From: an uncultured Brachyspira sp. | Lineage (GTDB): Bacteria; Spirochaetota; JAAYUW01 | Length of the DNA stretch: 64,000 nucleotides | Assembly: GCA_964454835.1 (NCBI GenBank) | Contig: CAYVTU010000001.1 | Span: forward strand, 102,836 to 166,835 | Reading direction: 5' to 3' | Shown: piece after piece, positions 1 through 10,276 of the stretch | How the letters are laid out: every line of letters starts with the position of its first letter | How positions within the stretch are numbered: the stretch's first letter is position 1 | The notes under the pieces: model-generated | Database searches by the model: none | The model's input: the letters and a program-made list of their open reading frames with translations, nothing else | Told to the model about the DNA's origin: nothing | Program-made: the position numbers and the translations under genes

Positions 1-1202
1 ATAAACTTTTAATAAAATATGAAGAACTGGAAAAATCCAATCAAGAACTAGAAAATACATTAAAAATAATACAGGAAGTAAACCAAAAACTTATTTTACT
101 TAATAAGATGGAAGAAAATTTTGTAGCAATATCATCTCATGAATTGAGAACACCTGTCGTTGTTGTTAAAGGATTCATAGATTTAATAGCTGATGGTGCA
201 TTTGGAGAGTTAAATCCTAAACTTTCAGAAATATTGAAAGTTCTTCAAATAAACATAAATAGATTAATTAAGACAATTGAAGATATTACAAATTTTGCCA
301 ACTTAAAAGACGGAAGCTCTTCTACAACATTAACGGAAGTCAATATTATAGAATTTTTAAACTCAATTTTCAATCAATATGCTACAAAATTTGCTGAAAG
401 AAAACTTTCATATTATTTTGAACCTCATGTGACTAACCCAATTGTTGCTATTGAAACAACTTTATTTTCACAAGCCATCAATAATCTAATATCAAATGCA
501 ATTAAATACACTCAGGATTTAGGTTCAATTACACTTGGAATTGTTGAAGAAACATCGCAATATAAAATTTACATAAGAGATACTGGGATAGGAATTGAAA
601 AACAGTATCTTGAAAGAGTATTTGATAAATTTTTTACCATACAGGATTCATCACATTATTTTTCGGGTGAATATGAATTTATGGCAGGAGGGAAGGGACT
701 TGGTCTTTCTATAGTAAAAAATATTGCAAGAATCCATCAAGGAAACGCATGGGCTGAAAGTGAGGGCAAAAACAAGGGTTCGACCTTTTATATTACAATT
801 CCAAAGGATTTAAAAAGAAGATTGCAGGAAAAATCAAGCGTTCTTAGTGCTGAAAAAAAAGTATATGTAGTAGGATGGAAAGATGCTCTTGAATATATAA
901 ACTATGATATCTATGATGTCGAAATGATGTCAATACCCGATTTTATATTAAAATGCGATGCTTTACCAAAGGCATCTTTAATAATTTTATATATAGCGGA
1001 CTCTTCTGAAGACATAATATATGATATTGTTGGCAGAATAAAAACAAATGAAAAACTAAAAATGGTGCCTATATTAACTATCGATAAGGTTTTAAATAAT
1101 CATATGAAGGCAAAATTATACACACTTGGTGTGGAAGAATATCTTTTTGAGCCAATAGACAAGGAAAGATTTAACTCAGTTTTCCAGCTTTTTACAATAT
1201 AG
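1..1202 (+). CDS. Sensor histidine kinase with C-terminal degenerate receiver-like domain. Frame is open back to nt 3, so probably 5'-truncated by the window edge; first in-window ATG is at 108
   Basis: HisKA H-box SSHELRTPV; HATPase G-boxes GIGIEKQYLERVFDKF and GGKGLGLSIVKNIARIHQG; a coiled-coil precedes the H-box and continues upstream of nt 108. Confidence 0.8.
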   Translation, partial: KLLIKYEELEKSNQELENTLKIIQEVNQKLILLNKMEENFVAISSHELRTPVVVVKGFIDLIADGAFGELNPKLSEILKVLQININRLIKTIEDITNFANLKDGSSSTTLTEVNIIEFLNSIFNQYATKFAERKLSYYFEPHVTNPIVAIETTLFSQAINNLISNAIKYTQDLGSITLGIVEETSQYKIYIRDTGIGIEKQYLERVFDKFFTIQDSSHYFSGEYEFMAGGKGLGLSIVKNIARIHQGNAWAESEGKNKGSTFYITIPKDLKRRLQEKSSVLSAEKKVYVVGWKDALEYINYDIYDVEMMSIPDFILKCDALPKASLIILYIADSSEDIIYDIVGRIKTNEKLKMVPILTIDKVLNNHMKAKLYTLGVEEYLFEPIDKERFNSVFQLFTI

Positions 1203-2177
1203 AGTTTTTTTGTTTGCTAAGAGTTGTTTTAGCTCAACTAAATCTTCAATATTACTAATTTTAAAAAATTTTTCTTTTAAATCTCGAAAATCGGGCAATT
1301 TTTTGGAGAGAGTAAAAAAAATTTTCCTGCTTTCTATTATAGAGTTTTTTATTAATTTTATGGATAAGGCATCAGGTTTTTTTAAGAAAAATTCGAGATA
1401 TTTTAAAAGGTAATTTAAATATTTTATGCAGTTTTCTATTCTTGATATATTATCTAAATTTGTATAAGTCGAATTTTTTAAAAAATCATTTATCTGAGTA
1501 AAAATCTCTGGGCTTGATAAAGCTGCTCTTCCAATCATTATTCCTTTGCAATTATAATTGTCCAAGATAGTTTTAGCAAATTCTGGAGTCGTTATATCAC
1601 CATTTAAGATAATAGGAATGTCAAAATTATTTAGTAATTCAGCATATTCATAAAGGGCTTTACCAGAAAACATCATCTTTGCTGTTCTCATATGAATTGT
1701 TGTAAATGCTATCTTAGAATTTTTAATTGAATTTAATATATCTAATATTTCTATTTCTGAAAATCCAAGTCTTATTTTAATACTAACAATATTTGGAAAA
1801 TGCTCAGAAATCTGATATATTTTATTTGCAAATTTGTCCAAATCTTTAAGCCAGAAAGATCCTCCTTGAGCCTTAATTACCTTTTTTACCGGACAACCAC
1901 AATTTATATCTATACTATCACAGTAATTTAATGCAATTTCCCCTGCTTTTATAAAATCATCATCTATTGAGCCAAATAGCTGGATAGTAAATCTATATGG
2001 AACCTTTATAAGAGGTATTTGCTCGATTTGCCTATGAAGAATTTCTCTGACATGAATCATCTCCGAAAAAATTCTAAATGCCTTATATTCAGAAAAAAGC
2101 ATTCTCATTGGCCAGTTTGTATAACCTGCTATTGGGGCTGAAATAATGTTTTCATATTTGTTTTTAGATAAAATCAT
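1176..2177 (-). CDS. dus: tRNA-dihydrouridine synthase (Dus family)
   Basis: N-terminal APIAGYTNWPMR and catalytic-Cys region DINCGCPVKKV, both typical of DusB/Dus flavoenzymes. Confidence 0.85.
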   Translation of the reverse strand: MILSKNKYENIISAPIAGYTNWPMRMLFSEYKAFRIFSEMIHVREILHRQIEQIPLIKVPYRFTIQLFGSIDDDFIKAGEIALNYCDSIDINCGCPVKKVIKAQGGSFWLKDLDKFANKIYQISEHFPNIVSIKIRLGFSEIEILDILNSIKNSKIAFTTIHMRTAKMMFSGKALYEYAELLNNFDIPIILNGDITTPEFAKTILDNYNCKGIMIGRAALSSPEIFTQINDFLKNSTYTNLDNISRIENCIKYLNYLLKYLEFFLKKPDALSIKLIKNSIIESRKIFFTLSKKLPDFRDLKEKFFKISNIEDLVELKQLLANKKTLYCKKLEN

Positions 2178-3013
2178 AATTCGAACGCTTTTATAAAATT
2201 TTCTAAAACTATTTTTTGTAAATCCGATAAAGAAATTTGAGTTAGTTCAGAGATATATTTATAAGTTTCTATTATAAACCATGGCATATTATCTTTTCCT
2301 CTATAAGGAATAGGCGCTAAAAAAGGAGCATCTGTTTCAATAAGTATTTTATCTTTTGGAATAATTAGGAAACTTTTTCTTAAAAATTCTAGCTTTTTAT
2401 ATGTAATATTTCCTGAAAAAGAAAAAAAGATATTTTCAAAATTTGATAAAATTTTTTCTGTAATTTCAATATTTCCACTATAACAGTGAAATATAATTGG
2501 TTTTTTTATATCAAATGATTTTAATATACTGATTGCGTCGTCAAAAGCATCTCTTATATGGAGCATTGCAGGTAAATTGAATTCTTTTGCAAGTTTTAAC
2601 TGATTTTTAAATGCATCTATCTGGATTTCTTTTTCATAAAAATTATGAAAATAATCAAGTCCAATTTCACCTATTGCTACTAATATTTTTTCTTTAATAA
2701 AATTATTTATGAAATTATTGTTTAATTTTATCTCTAAAAAAAGTTTTTTTAATGTATCATATTTCAAGGTGCTTTCTGACAGATCGTTAGGAGATGCACC
2801 AAAGGTAAAATAAATTTCTGGTAATATTTTTTCTAATTTTTTTTCATTTAAAATACTTGAAAACAATGGCAAAAATTTACTAAAATCATCTAATGAAGCA
2901 CTTGCCTGAACAATTTTTGATATTTTAAAAGAAGTTGCATTTTGCAAAATATTTTTTATACTTATAGTGGATTCTGAAATTAAATTTAAATGACAATGAG
3001 AATCAATATACAT
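2174..3013 (-). CDS. tatD: TatD-family metal-dependent hydrolase/DNase
   Basis: Starts MYIDSHCHLN (TatD signature). HIRDA and ETDAPF motifs present. 4-bp overlap with dus. Confidence 0.85.
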   Translation of the reverse strand: MYIDSHCHLNLISESTISIKNILQNATSFKISKIVQASASLDDFSKFLPLFSSILNEKKLEKILPEIYFTFGASPNDLSESTLKYDTLKKLFLEIKLNNNFINNFIKEKILVAIGEIGLDYFHNFYEKEIQIDAFKNQLKLAKEFNLPAMLHIRDAFDDAISILKSFDIKKPIIFHCYSGNIEITEKILSNFENIFFSFSGNITYKKLEFLRKSFLIIPKDKILIETDAPFLAPIPYRGKDNMPWFIIETYKYISELTQISLSDLQKIVLENFIKAFEL

Positions 3014-3236
3014 TAATAATACCTCGCAAGTTATTTTTTGTTTTTAATTTAGGTAGATAGATTATATTTATTTTACTAAATGTAAAGAACTGTACTTTGA
3101 GAGTAAAAATAAAAAAGTTTAAAAAAATAAATTTTTTGATAAGTTTTTTTAGTTAGTTAATTTTGTATATTGAATTAAAATTAATTGTTCTTATTTCATA
3201 TTAAAAAAAGGTCGAAATAATTAAAGAGGAAAGGCA

Positions 3237-4220
3237 ATGAAAAGCTTTAAGAATTGGGAAAAAAGATTAGCCAGTTCTTTTGAAAAATTTTTAAGAATAA
3301 CATATGAATATCTTTCTGCTAAATGGAAACAATTCATAAAAAAAGGGAATGAAAAAGTTACTTTAATGCTTATTCCTCATAATCAAAAAAAGATATTTAA
3401 TGTTCATATGTCAATTTTCTCGATTGCCTTTTTTATTATTACCATTTCTCTTTTATTTATAGTTTTTTTTATCTCTATTTCTACCTTATCATCAACAGTT
3501 GACCAGTTATCTCATTTCAAACTTCAATATATGAAATATAGGGCAAATTATGATGATATGATTAATCAAATTGGTGAGATATATGATAAATTCTTGCAAA
3601 CAAAAATAGAAAGTACTAAACTTGCATATTTTTTTCTTGGCAAAAAGAGCTGGAATCAAGGAGGGATAGGAGGTCCAGATTTAGAGAAAGATAGAGTAAT
3701 GGACCCTTATGAACAACTTACACAGATAAAAGAAGATACTGAACTTTTTTATAAATTGTTTAAAGAATATAATGCTAGACAGCCATTTATTAAAGAACTA
3801 TCTCAGACATTCCCTTCAAGGTGGCCATTTGTAGATGGAAGTGGCGCTATAACATCAGGTTTTGGTTTTCGAAGACATCCAGTACTTGGTGGTGTAATGT
3901 TTCACACAGGTATAGATATAGCTGCCTTTCCAGGTGCATTGATTTGCGCTACAGCTGATGGTGTTGTAAAGTTTTCTGGTTGGAGAGAAGGTTATGGTAT
4001 TGCTGTAGTCATTGAACATCCAAGAGGTATAGAAACTTTGTACGCTCATCTTATGATGGCCCTTGTTAGACCGGGGGAGACAGTGAAAAAAGGGCAGGCC
4101 ATTGCGAAAGAGGGTTCTACTGGGCAGGTAACAGGACCTCATTTGCATTATGAAGTAAGAATAAATGGTCAATTTGTCAATCCCGAATATTTCCTGCATC
4201 TATATTTTGATTTATTTTAA
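3237..4220 (+). CDS. M23/LytM-family peptidoglycan endopeptidase with N-terminal membrane anchor
   Basis: FHTGIDIAA ... GPHLHYEVRINGQFVNP (M23 zinc-binding H/D and HxH motifs). N-terminal TM helix. Confidence 0.85.
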   Translation: MKSFKNWEKRLASSFEKFLRITYEYLSAKWKQFIKKGNEKVTLMLIPHNQKKIFNVHMSIFSIAFFIITISLLFIVFFISISTLSSTVDQLSHFKLQYMKYRANYDDMINQIGEIYDKFLQTKIESTKLAYFFLGKKSWNQGGIGGPDLEKDRVMDPYEQLTQIKEDTELFYKLFKEYNARQPFIKELSQTFPSRWPFVDGSGAITSGFGFRRHPVLGGVMFHTGIDIAAFPGALICATADGVVKFSGWREGYGIAVVIEHPRGIETLYAHLMMALVRPGETVKKGQAIAKEGSTGQVTGPHLHYEVRINGQFVNPEYFLHLYFDLF

Positions 4221-4401
4221 AAAACAATTTGAAAATTAAAAACAATAAAAAAAATAGAAATAAATAAAAACAATTAAAAAATTAGTTTTATAGTTTATTT
4301 TTTTATCTTAACTTTATTGTTATAATATTATGTAAAATTTTTAATATAATAAAAAGTATTTTTTTTTTCTTAAAATTTGAAAAATAGTAAGGGGAATTTA
4401 T

Positions 4402-4746
4402 ATGCCTTTAATTGAAAGCGGTACAATTGTATCGAACATAATTTCTGAAACTACCAAATTAAAAGGGGATTTTGATTTAGATAATGTTTTAAGAATTGAT
4501 GGTGAATTTTCGGGTTCAATAAAATCCAGTTCAAAAGTATTAGTCGGAGAAAAAGGAAAGGCATTTTGCAATATTGAAGCTGATGCAATAGAAATTGGTG
4601 GTGTCTGGGAAGGTTCTGCAAAAGCTAAAAGCTTAATTAAAGTTTATTCAACAGGAAAAGTCAAAGGTAATCTTGAAGCACCAAGAATTATTATAGAAGA
4701 AGGTGTATTATTAAATGGTTCTATAAAGGTTTTGCAAGCTAAATAG
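4402..4746 (+). CDS. Bactofilin (DUF583) cytoskeletal protein
   Basis: Size and beta-helical repeat pattern (GEFSGSIKSS.VLVGEKGKA...IEIGGVWEGS) typical of bactofilins. Confidence 0.7.
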   Translation: MPLIESGTIVSNIISETTKLKGDFDLDNVLRIDGEFSGSIKSSSKVLVGEKGKAFCNIEADAIEIGGVWEGSAKAKSLIKVYSTGKVKGNLEAPRIIIEEGVLLNGSIKVLQAK

Positions 4747-4774
4747 ATCTTAAGTTTTAACTTTATTTCTCTTT

Positions 4775-5476
4775 ATGAAAAAAAATAATAATGGATTATT
4801 TGTTATATTTGAAGGGTTAGATAAGACAGGTAAGACAACTCAACTCAATTTAGTTAAAGATGAATTTTTTAAAAATAATTTAAAAAATATTGTTACAACT
4901 TATGAACCTGGTGATTCAGTCATAGGTGAAAAAATAAGACCAATTTTGTTGAATGCCAATTTAAATCTTTCAAATTTGACAGAGTTTTTTCTATTTATTT
5001 CAGATAGATTAGAGCATTCTATTCAGTTTATATTAAAAAAACTTGAAGAAGGAAATGTTGTAATTGTCGATAGATTTCACTTTTCTACATTTTCATATCA
5101 GGTTTTTCCAGCAATAATGAAAATAAAAAAGAAAGAATACAAAGATAAGCAGGAATTATTCTTATTGAAAACTTTAATAAAAATGGATAAAATATTTGGA
5201 AACTATCTTTTTTCATTTATCCAACCTGATTTAATATTCTACTTTCATAATAATTCTTATTTTATTGATAAAAAACATAGCAAAAAGATAATACTTGAAA
5301 AAAATGATAGATTCGAGTCAAGAGGAGATATTTATTTAAAAAATGTAATAAAAGGTTATGAAAAAAGCTTTGAATATTATAGAAATTTTAATAAAATTCT
5401 CTATAAAATACCATTTTCTAATGGAATTGAGAAAAATAAAAAAATAATTTTTAATAAAATTTTAGAAAATTTGTAA
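4775..5476 (+). CDS. tmk: Thymidylate kinase (divergent, extended C-terminal half)
   Basis: N-terminal P-loop IVFEGLDKTGKTTQ and DRF motif of dTMP kinase. Sits in the tmk–yaaR–yaaT order conserved in many bacteria. Confidence 0.7.
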   Translation: MKKNNNGLFVIFEGLDKTGKTTQLNLVKDEFFKNNLKNIVTTYEPGDSVIGEKIRPILLNANLNLSNLTEFFLFISDRLEHSIQFILKKLEEGNVVIVDRFHFSTFSYQVFPAIMKIKKKEYKDKQELFLLKTLIKMDKIFGNYLFSFIQPDLIFYFHNNSYFIDKKHSKKIILEKNDRFESRGDIYLKNVIKGYEKSFEYYRNFNKILYKIPFSNGIEKNKKIIFNKILENL

Positions 5477-5530
5477 TTTTCTTAATAATAAAATTTGATA
5501 ATATAATTAAAAAAAAATAAGGAATACTGG

Positions 5531-6004
5531 ATGATTCCATCTATTTATAATATTCTTCAAAAGTTTTCTCCAAAAGATCAAAAAAAAAGTGGCAAATTAG
5601 AAAAAGCGGGTTTATCGAAGAAGGGTGAAAAAAATTTTGAGCAAATAATATTTGAAAAGAGAATAGAAGATCTGGTTTTAGAATATGAAAACCTTGAACC
5701 AGAAATCCTTATAACAAAGATAGATGAAGTTGGAAAAAACTATAAAAGGACAAGGAAAAATGAAGATCTAGAAAATTATAAAGAGCTCCTTGCTTCATTC
5801 ATTATCCTTGTTGAGAGAAAGGCATATAAAATTAAGATTATAAATAAGAAAAATTATTTACTCGATGAAGATGAACTGGATTACATAATTGTTGAAATTG
5901 AAAAAAGACTCTTAGCTTTGCTTGAAAGTTTTTTAATATCTCAAAAAGAGATTTTAAATATTATTGATGAATTAGAAGGACTAATATTTAAAATTTCTGT
6001 TTAA
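5531..6004 (+). CDS. YaaR/DUF327-family protein
   Basis: C-terminus LLALLESFLISQKEILNIIDELEGLIFKI resembles the YaaR C-terminal signature. Located between tmk and the PSP1 gene. Confidence 0.45.
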   Translation: MIPSIYNILQKFSPKDQKKSGKLEKAGLSKKGEKNFEQIIFEKRIEDLVLEYENLEPEILITKIDEVGKNYKRTRKNEDLENYKELLASFIILVERKAYKIKIINKKNYLLDEDELDYIIVEIEKRLLALLESFLISQKEILNIIDELEGLIFKISV

Positions 6005-6030
6005 TAATAAATTTTTAATAAAGGATTTTT

Positions 6031-7086
6031 ATGTATCTATATCGTTGTAGATTGTTATATTCTAAATCAATAATGGATTTTTATTCAACAGGATTATATA
6101 ATCTTACTAATTTGACAATTGTTAAAGTTGAGACAAAGCATGGAGTGGATCTTGCAATTTATCTTAATAAAACTACAAATATCGATGATAAGGAATTTGA
6201 TGAAATCATGAAATTACAGGCAACAAGTGCAGAAGAAAGCATCGATACAATAGAAAGTTCTCAGGAATATTTGAATGGAAATGGATTAAATGGAAATAAT
6301 ATTAATTTTGAAAATATAAGTGACTCAATAAATATAAGCTCAAACCAAACAACAAGCCTTGAAAAAAGTTCTAAAAAGAAACAAATGAAAATTGAGGGTA
6401 AATTTATTGGCGTTGCAACTTCTGAAGATTTAAAAATTTACAAAGAAAATGAAGAAAAAGCAAAAGAAGCCTTTAATGTTTTTAAGGAAGAAATAAAGGA
6501 ATGCAAACTTGAGCATGAGATGAAACCAATTGGAACACACTATTATTTAGATGGGATGAAAATTTTATTTGATTTTGTTGCAGACCATAGAATAGATTTT
6601 AGAGAGCTAGTAAAAAAACTAGCAGCTCGATATAGAAAGAGAATCGAACTTCATCAAATAGGCGTTAGAGATGAAGCAAGAATGATAGATGGACTTTTTA
6701 TATGTGGGCAGCAGCTTTGTTGCAGGAGATTTTTACATCAGCTAACCCCTATTTCTATAAAAATGGCAGAAGTACAGAATGCTCCTTTAAATACAATGAA
6801 AATTTCAGGGTATTGTGGAAGACTTTTATGTTGCCTTGCCTATGAAGCTGAACAATACGAAAAAGCAAAAGAAAATCTACCCGAGCTTGGCTCAACTCTT
6901 ATTTATAATAATGAAAAATACATAGTTTCAGAGGTCAATGTAATAAAACAATACTTAAAACTGAAAAAAAAAGATAGTTTAGAATATGTTCTTTTAAAAA
7001 ACGAAACATTAGTTTTTGATAAAGATATCGAAGGAAATAAATTATTATCAAAGGCAGAAATTTATACACCAGTAAATAAAAAATAA
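6031..7086 (+). CDS. PSP1 C-terminal domain protein (YaaT/RicT-like) with low-complexity Asn/Ser-rich insert
   Basis: Cys-containing PSP1 core: LFICGQQLCCRRFL ... GYCGRLLCCLAYE. Confidence 0.75.
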   Translation: MYLYRCRLLYSKSIMDFYSTGLYNLTNLTIVKVETKHGVDLAIYLNKTTNIDDKEFDEIMKLQATSAEESIDTIESSQEYLNGNGLNGNNINFENISDSINISSNQTTSLEKSSKKKQMKIEGKFIGVATSEDLKIYKENEEKAKEAFNVFKEEIKECKLEHEMKPIGTHYYLDGMKILFDFVADHRIDFRELVKKLAARYRKRIELHQIGVRDEARMIDGLFICGQQLCCRRFLHQLTPISIKMAEVQNAPLNTMKISGYCGRLLCCLAYEAEQYEKAKENLPELGSTLIYNNEKYIVSEVNVIKQYLKLKKKDSLEYVLLKNETLVFDKDIEGNKLLSKAEIYTPVNKK

Positions 7087-7121
7087 AATAACTAATAAAG
7101 TAAAAAAAATAAGAAGTAAAA

Positions 7122-8090
7122 TTAAAAGATGTAGCTAATGGTTAGAGAATAATAGAGTCTATTCATATTATTTAAGCTGGCAATATTTGAAGAATATACC
7201 GAATATATTAAGTATCCAAATGAAGGCTCAATCTTAAAAGAAGTTATAGTGAAGATAAGTTTAACCTTTGTATATAAAAATTGATGAATATAGTGAGCAG
7301 GGGTTTGAGTCAGTAAATCATTGTAAGAATATCCAATATTTACAATAAATCCAAATAGTGTAAAAGTTGGAACATATTTAATTACAAGGGCAATATCATA
7401 AGTTTCGAGTTTATCATAAACAAAAGGATCCTGCTCTATATCAAAATTATAAAGAATTTTATCATAATAAAAAGATAAGCCTATTGACATCTGGTAGATA
7501 TAAAAACCAGTTTCCAAATTTATCCTGAAATTTTCGAATGTTTCTTCTTTTGGTATATCTATTAGTGCTGAAAATAATGGTTGAATATATATGGGATTTT
7601 TAAATGAAATAAAGAAGAAAAATATTGGATAGAAATCCAATAGTATAGATGTTAAATTTTCAAAATAAGGAAAAATTGTACTGAAATCATCTGAAATTTC
7701 AACTTTTAGGCTATCTGAAATTGTAAAAAAATCTTTGTTAAAAGATAAAGAAAAAGATATAGAATTTGGTTGAAATGGGTTAAATGTGTTCCTTTGAATT
7801 AAAATACCAAAAGAGGTTGATTGAGAAATATTTAAATTCAGTAAAACAAAAGCATTGTAATAAATATTGTTTTTTATTTCATTGAATGTAGAAGAATAGC
7901 TAAATGGTAAAAAATCAGAACAAAAACCCACACTTATTTGCTGAGCCATGATTTGGGGAGAGAAAAATAGAATAAAAAAAATTGTTAAGGATAAAAGATT
8001 AAATATTAAAAATTTTAAAAATGAAAGTTTAAAAAATGAAAATATAGAATTTGTCTTAAAATTATATTTTTTAGTAAAATTAATTATCAT
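7122..8090 (-). CDS. Hypothetical secreted/outer-membrane protein (signal peptide; Phe/Tyr/Ser/Asn-rich)
   Basis: N-terminal hydrophobic signal-like segment ending AQQ; alternating aromatic/polar pattern suggests beta strands. Confidence 0.4.
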   Translation of the reverse strand: MIINFTKKYNFKTNSIFSFFKLSFLKFLIFNLLSLTIFFILFFSPQIMAQQISVGFCSDFLPFSYSSTFNEIKNNIYYNAFVLLNLNISQSTSFGILIQRNTFNPFQPNSISFSLSFNKDFFTISDSLKVEISDDFSTIFPYFENLTSILLDFYPIFFFFISFKNPIYIQPLFSALIDIPKEETFENFRINLETGFYIYQMSIGLSFYYDKILYNFDIEQDPFVYDKLETYDIALVIKYVPTFTLFGFIVNIGYSYNDLLTQTPAHYIHQFLYTKVKLIFTITSFKIEPSFGYLIYSVYSSNIASLNNMNRLYYSLTISYIF

Positions 8091-8294
8091 TTTTACAACT
8101 CCTTAATTAATCTCTATTGCCAATAAAAATATAGCATATAAAAAATAAAAATACAAAAAAGAAAGGTAAAATTTGTTAAATTGTATAAAAAAAATTTAAA
8201 AAAATATGAAAAATCACTTGACAATAAGAAAAAAGATATTATTTGTAAAGTAAGCACGTTAAGTGCATAAAAGAAAATATCGGAGGAAATTTCT

Positions 8295-9332
8295 ATGAAG
8301 AGAATTCTTTTAGTTATTGCTCTTATTCTTCTTATTGCGCTTCCTATTTTTGCGCAAGAAGTTACAGTTGAAGATCTCAACAAAAGATTAACCAAACTCG
8401 AAATGTGGAAGTTTGGTGGTCTCTATATTAACTGGATGTATGTTAGCATTCCTAATACTGGTTTTCAGTGGGGTTTCTTCTATACTCCAACAGATGGTGA
8501 TGGAATGCAAGTTTCTTTGATTCTTCCAAGATTTACAGCTCAGTACAGAAATGGAAATTTTGTCGCATATTTCAGATTAAGTGCTAGTAAAGGCGATGGT
8601 TCATTCCCAGCAGTTGCATGGGATAGATGGTATGTTCAATACAATTTGGGTTTCATGATTTTACAGGTTGGTAAATTTACAGTTGGTGATACACTTCAAC
8701 CTGAAATGTTCTATACTTTCGCTTATTCTGGTGCAAATATAAAAGACTGGGGTTCAAATGGTGCTAATGGTTTTGGACTTCATATCCCAGTAGGTCCAGC
8801 TACAATCCACCTCGTTATTCCTTCAAATCTTTCATGGGCAACTGGTGCAGAAGCTATCAATATCCATGGTTGGGTTGATGGAACAATAGCTGAAATGCTC
8901 AATTTCTTAGTTGGTTTTGATTTTGACATGAATGTTGCAACAGCTATTTGGGCTGGAATCAATGTTACTCCAATGGAAATGTTAACAATTGGTGCTAACT
9001 TTGCTATGAATATGCCAGAAGGCGCAGATTCAGCATGGGAACTTTTGTGGAATGTTTCTGTAACTCCAACAGAAGATATCGCAATTTACCATGAAGGTTT
9101 ATATGCAGATCAACTTTTAAAATTAGCTCTTTGCTTCTATTACACAAGCCTTTATGTAAAAGGTGCTTTCGAAATGGATATGGCTAATTCTACAAATACC
9201 ATTGGTGCAGAAGTTGGTTATGATTTCACTTTTGGAAGACTCTATTTCACACCTGCTTTCTATCTTGTACTCCCACCAGCTCCAGCTACTGCTGACTATG
9301 GTTTGAAACTCTTCTTCGTAGCTGTTTTCTAA
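8295..9332 (+). CDS. Major outer-membrane beta-barrel protein (porin-like), probably highly expressed
   Basis: Signal peptide MKRILLVIALILLIALPIFAQE; C-terminal ...FFVAVF with terminal Phe; GC content and codon usage (gct/ggt/ttc-rich) clearly differ from neighbours; strong intrinsic terminator follows. Confidence 0.6.
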   Translation: MKRILLVIALILLIALPIFAQEVTVEDLNKRLTKLEMWKFGGLYINWMYVSIPNTGFQWGFFYTPTDGDGMQVSLILPRFTAQYRNGNFVAYFRLSASKGDGSFPAVAWDRWYVQYNLGFMILQVGKFTVGDTLQPEMFYTFAYSGANIKDWGSNGANGFGLHIPVGPATIHLVIPSNLSWATGAEAINIHGWVDGTIAEMLNFLVGFDFDMNVATAIWAGINVTPMEMLTIGANFAMNMPEGADSAWELLWNVSVTPTEDIAIYHEGLYADQLLKLALCFYYTSLYVKGAFEMDMANSTNTIGAEVGYDFTFGRLYFTPAFYLVLPPAPATADYGLKLFFVAVF

Positions 9333-9358
9333 TTTAATTTTAATAATTAAATAATTTA

Positions 9359-9386
9359 GGGAGCCTGTGAAAGGCTCCCTTTTTTT
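9359..9386 (+). terminator. Rho-independent terminator of the OMP gene
   Basis: GGGAGCC-tgtgaaa-GGCTCCC perfect 7-bp stem followed by a run of T residues. Confidence 0.85.
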
Positions 9387-9447
9387 ATTGATAATAAAAA
9401 AAATTTTGTTATTGATATTATATCTTAATTTTAAAAGGGAACGTAAT

Positions 9448-10044
9448 ATGAAAAAATATTTATTAATTATTATAATTTTTCTTTTTTTTATTTCTTCTTT
9501 ATATTCCTGCGATACTACAAAAAACTCTATTAAGACTTCATGGGTTGAAAGATTAATACTTAAAACATCTGTTGAAAATGAATATTTATATGCTGAATGT
9601 GCTTATATTGACAGAGATTCAATGATAAAAAATATTTCATCAGAAGGATTAAACCCATTTTTATACAAAGATCCTATTATCACAAAACAGGAATCAATAA
9701 TGTTTTCACTTCTAATTATTCCAAAAATCGATTTTTTTATTAATTCTAATGAGATTTCAATTAAAACTGAATATGCTTCATATCCAGCAATATTTAAAGA
9801 ATATGTTCTTGAAAATAATCTGTATGAAACTGAATTAGATTCAGTGACAAAAGAGATGAAAAACTTTGTTCAAAAATATTTTATTTCTAAAAAAGAAAAT
9901 TATAAAACTGGTGAAAGAAAAGTAAGATTTATATATGCAATATTAAATTATGATTATAAAGGAGCCATTGTCAGGATACCTATTCATACCCTGGATGATA
10001 AAATATCTGTCTTGAATTTTATTTTCCCAGAAATAAAAAGATAG
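9448..10044 (+). CDS. Hypothetical lipoprotein
   Basis: MKKYLLIIIIFLFFISSLYSC lipobox. The ORF-track start at 9367 lies inside the upstream terminator, so the ATG at 9448 is preferred. Confidence 0.5.
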   Translation: MKKYLLIIIIFLFFISSLYSCDTTKNSIKTSWVERLILKTSVENEYLYAECAYIDRDSMIKNISSEGLNPFLYKDPIITKQESIMFSLLIIPKIDFFINSNEISIKTEYASYPAIFKEYVLENNLYETELDSVTKEMKNFVQKYFISKKENYKTGERKVRFIYAILNYDYKGAIVRIPIHTLDDKISVLNFIFPEIKR

Positions 10045-10276
10045 TTTATAGTAGAAACAATAATTAAATTATAAAAAAAAAACAAAACTATACAAAAAGA
10101 TTTAATTTCAGAAAAGATAATAAAATAAAAAAATCAATTTTATTTCACTTTTTCTTCATAATTTCTTCATAATTTATTGTTTTTTATTCAGTTGAAAAAA
10201 TAATACAACCTTGTATTTTATAAGAAAAAGCAACTAAAAGATTAATAAAAAATTATGTAAGTTAATAAGGCATGTT

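Noticed and set aside
1210-1413. 67-aa ORF antisense to dus
   Set aside because: Embedded in the conserved Dus coding sequence on the other strand.
3855-4199. 114-aa antisense ORF inside the M23 peptidase gene
   Set aside because: It sits in a well-supported conserved coding region on the opposite strand. Its composition is a shadow of the sense frame.
8248-8262. Small hairpin GCAC-gttaa-GTGC upstream of the OMP start
   Set aside because: 4-bp stem only. Could be chance in a promoter region.
8114-8395. 93-aa minus-strand ORF across the OMP promoter/start
   Set aside because: It overlaps the start and signal peptide of the strongly supported OMP gene and is purely AT-rich/hydrophobic. Likely spurious.
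9367-9447. 5' extension of the lipoprotein ORF (GTG at 9367)
   Set aside because: It begins inside the GGGAGCC/GGCTCCC terminator stem of the upstream OMP gene. The ATG at 9448 gives a canonical lipoprotein signal peptide.
10148-10176. Tandem duplication ttcttcataat ×2 upstream of the tolC-like gene
   Set aside because: Only two 11-bp copies in an AT-rich intergenic region. No array structure, so not CRISPR or a repeat family.
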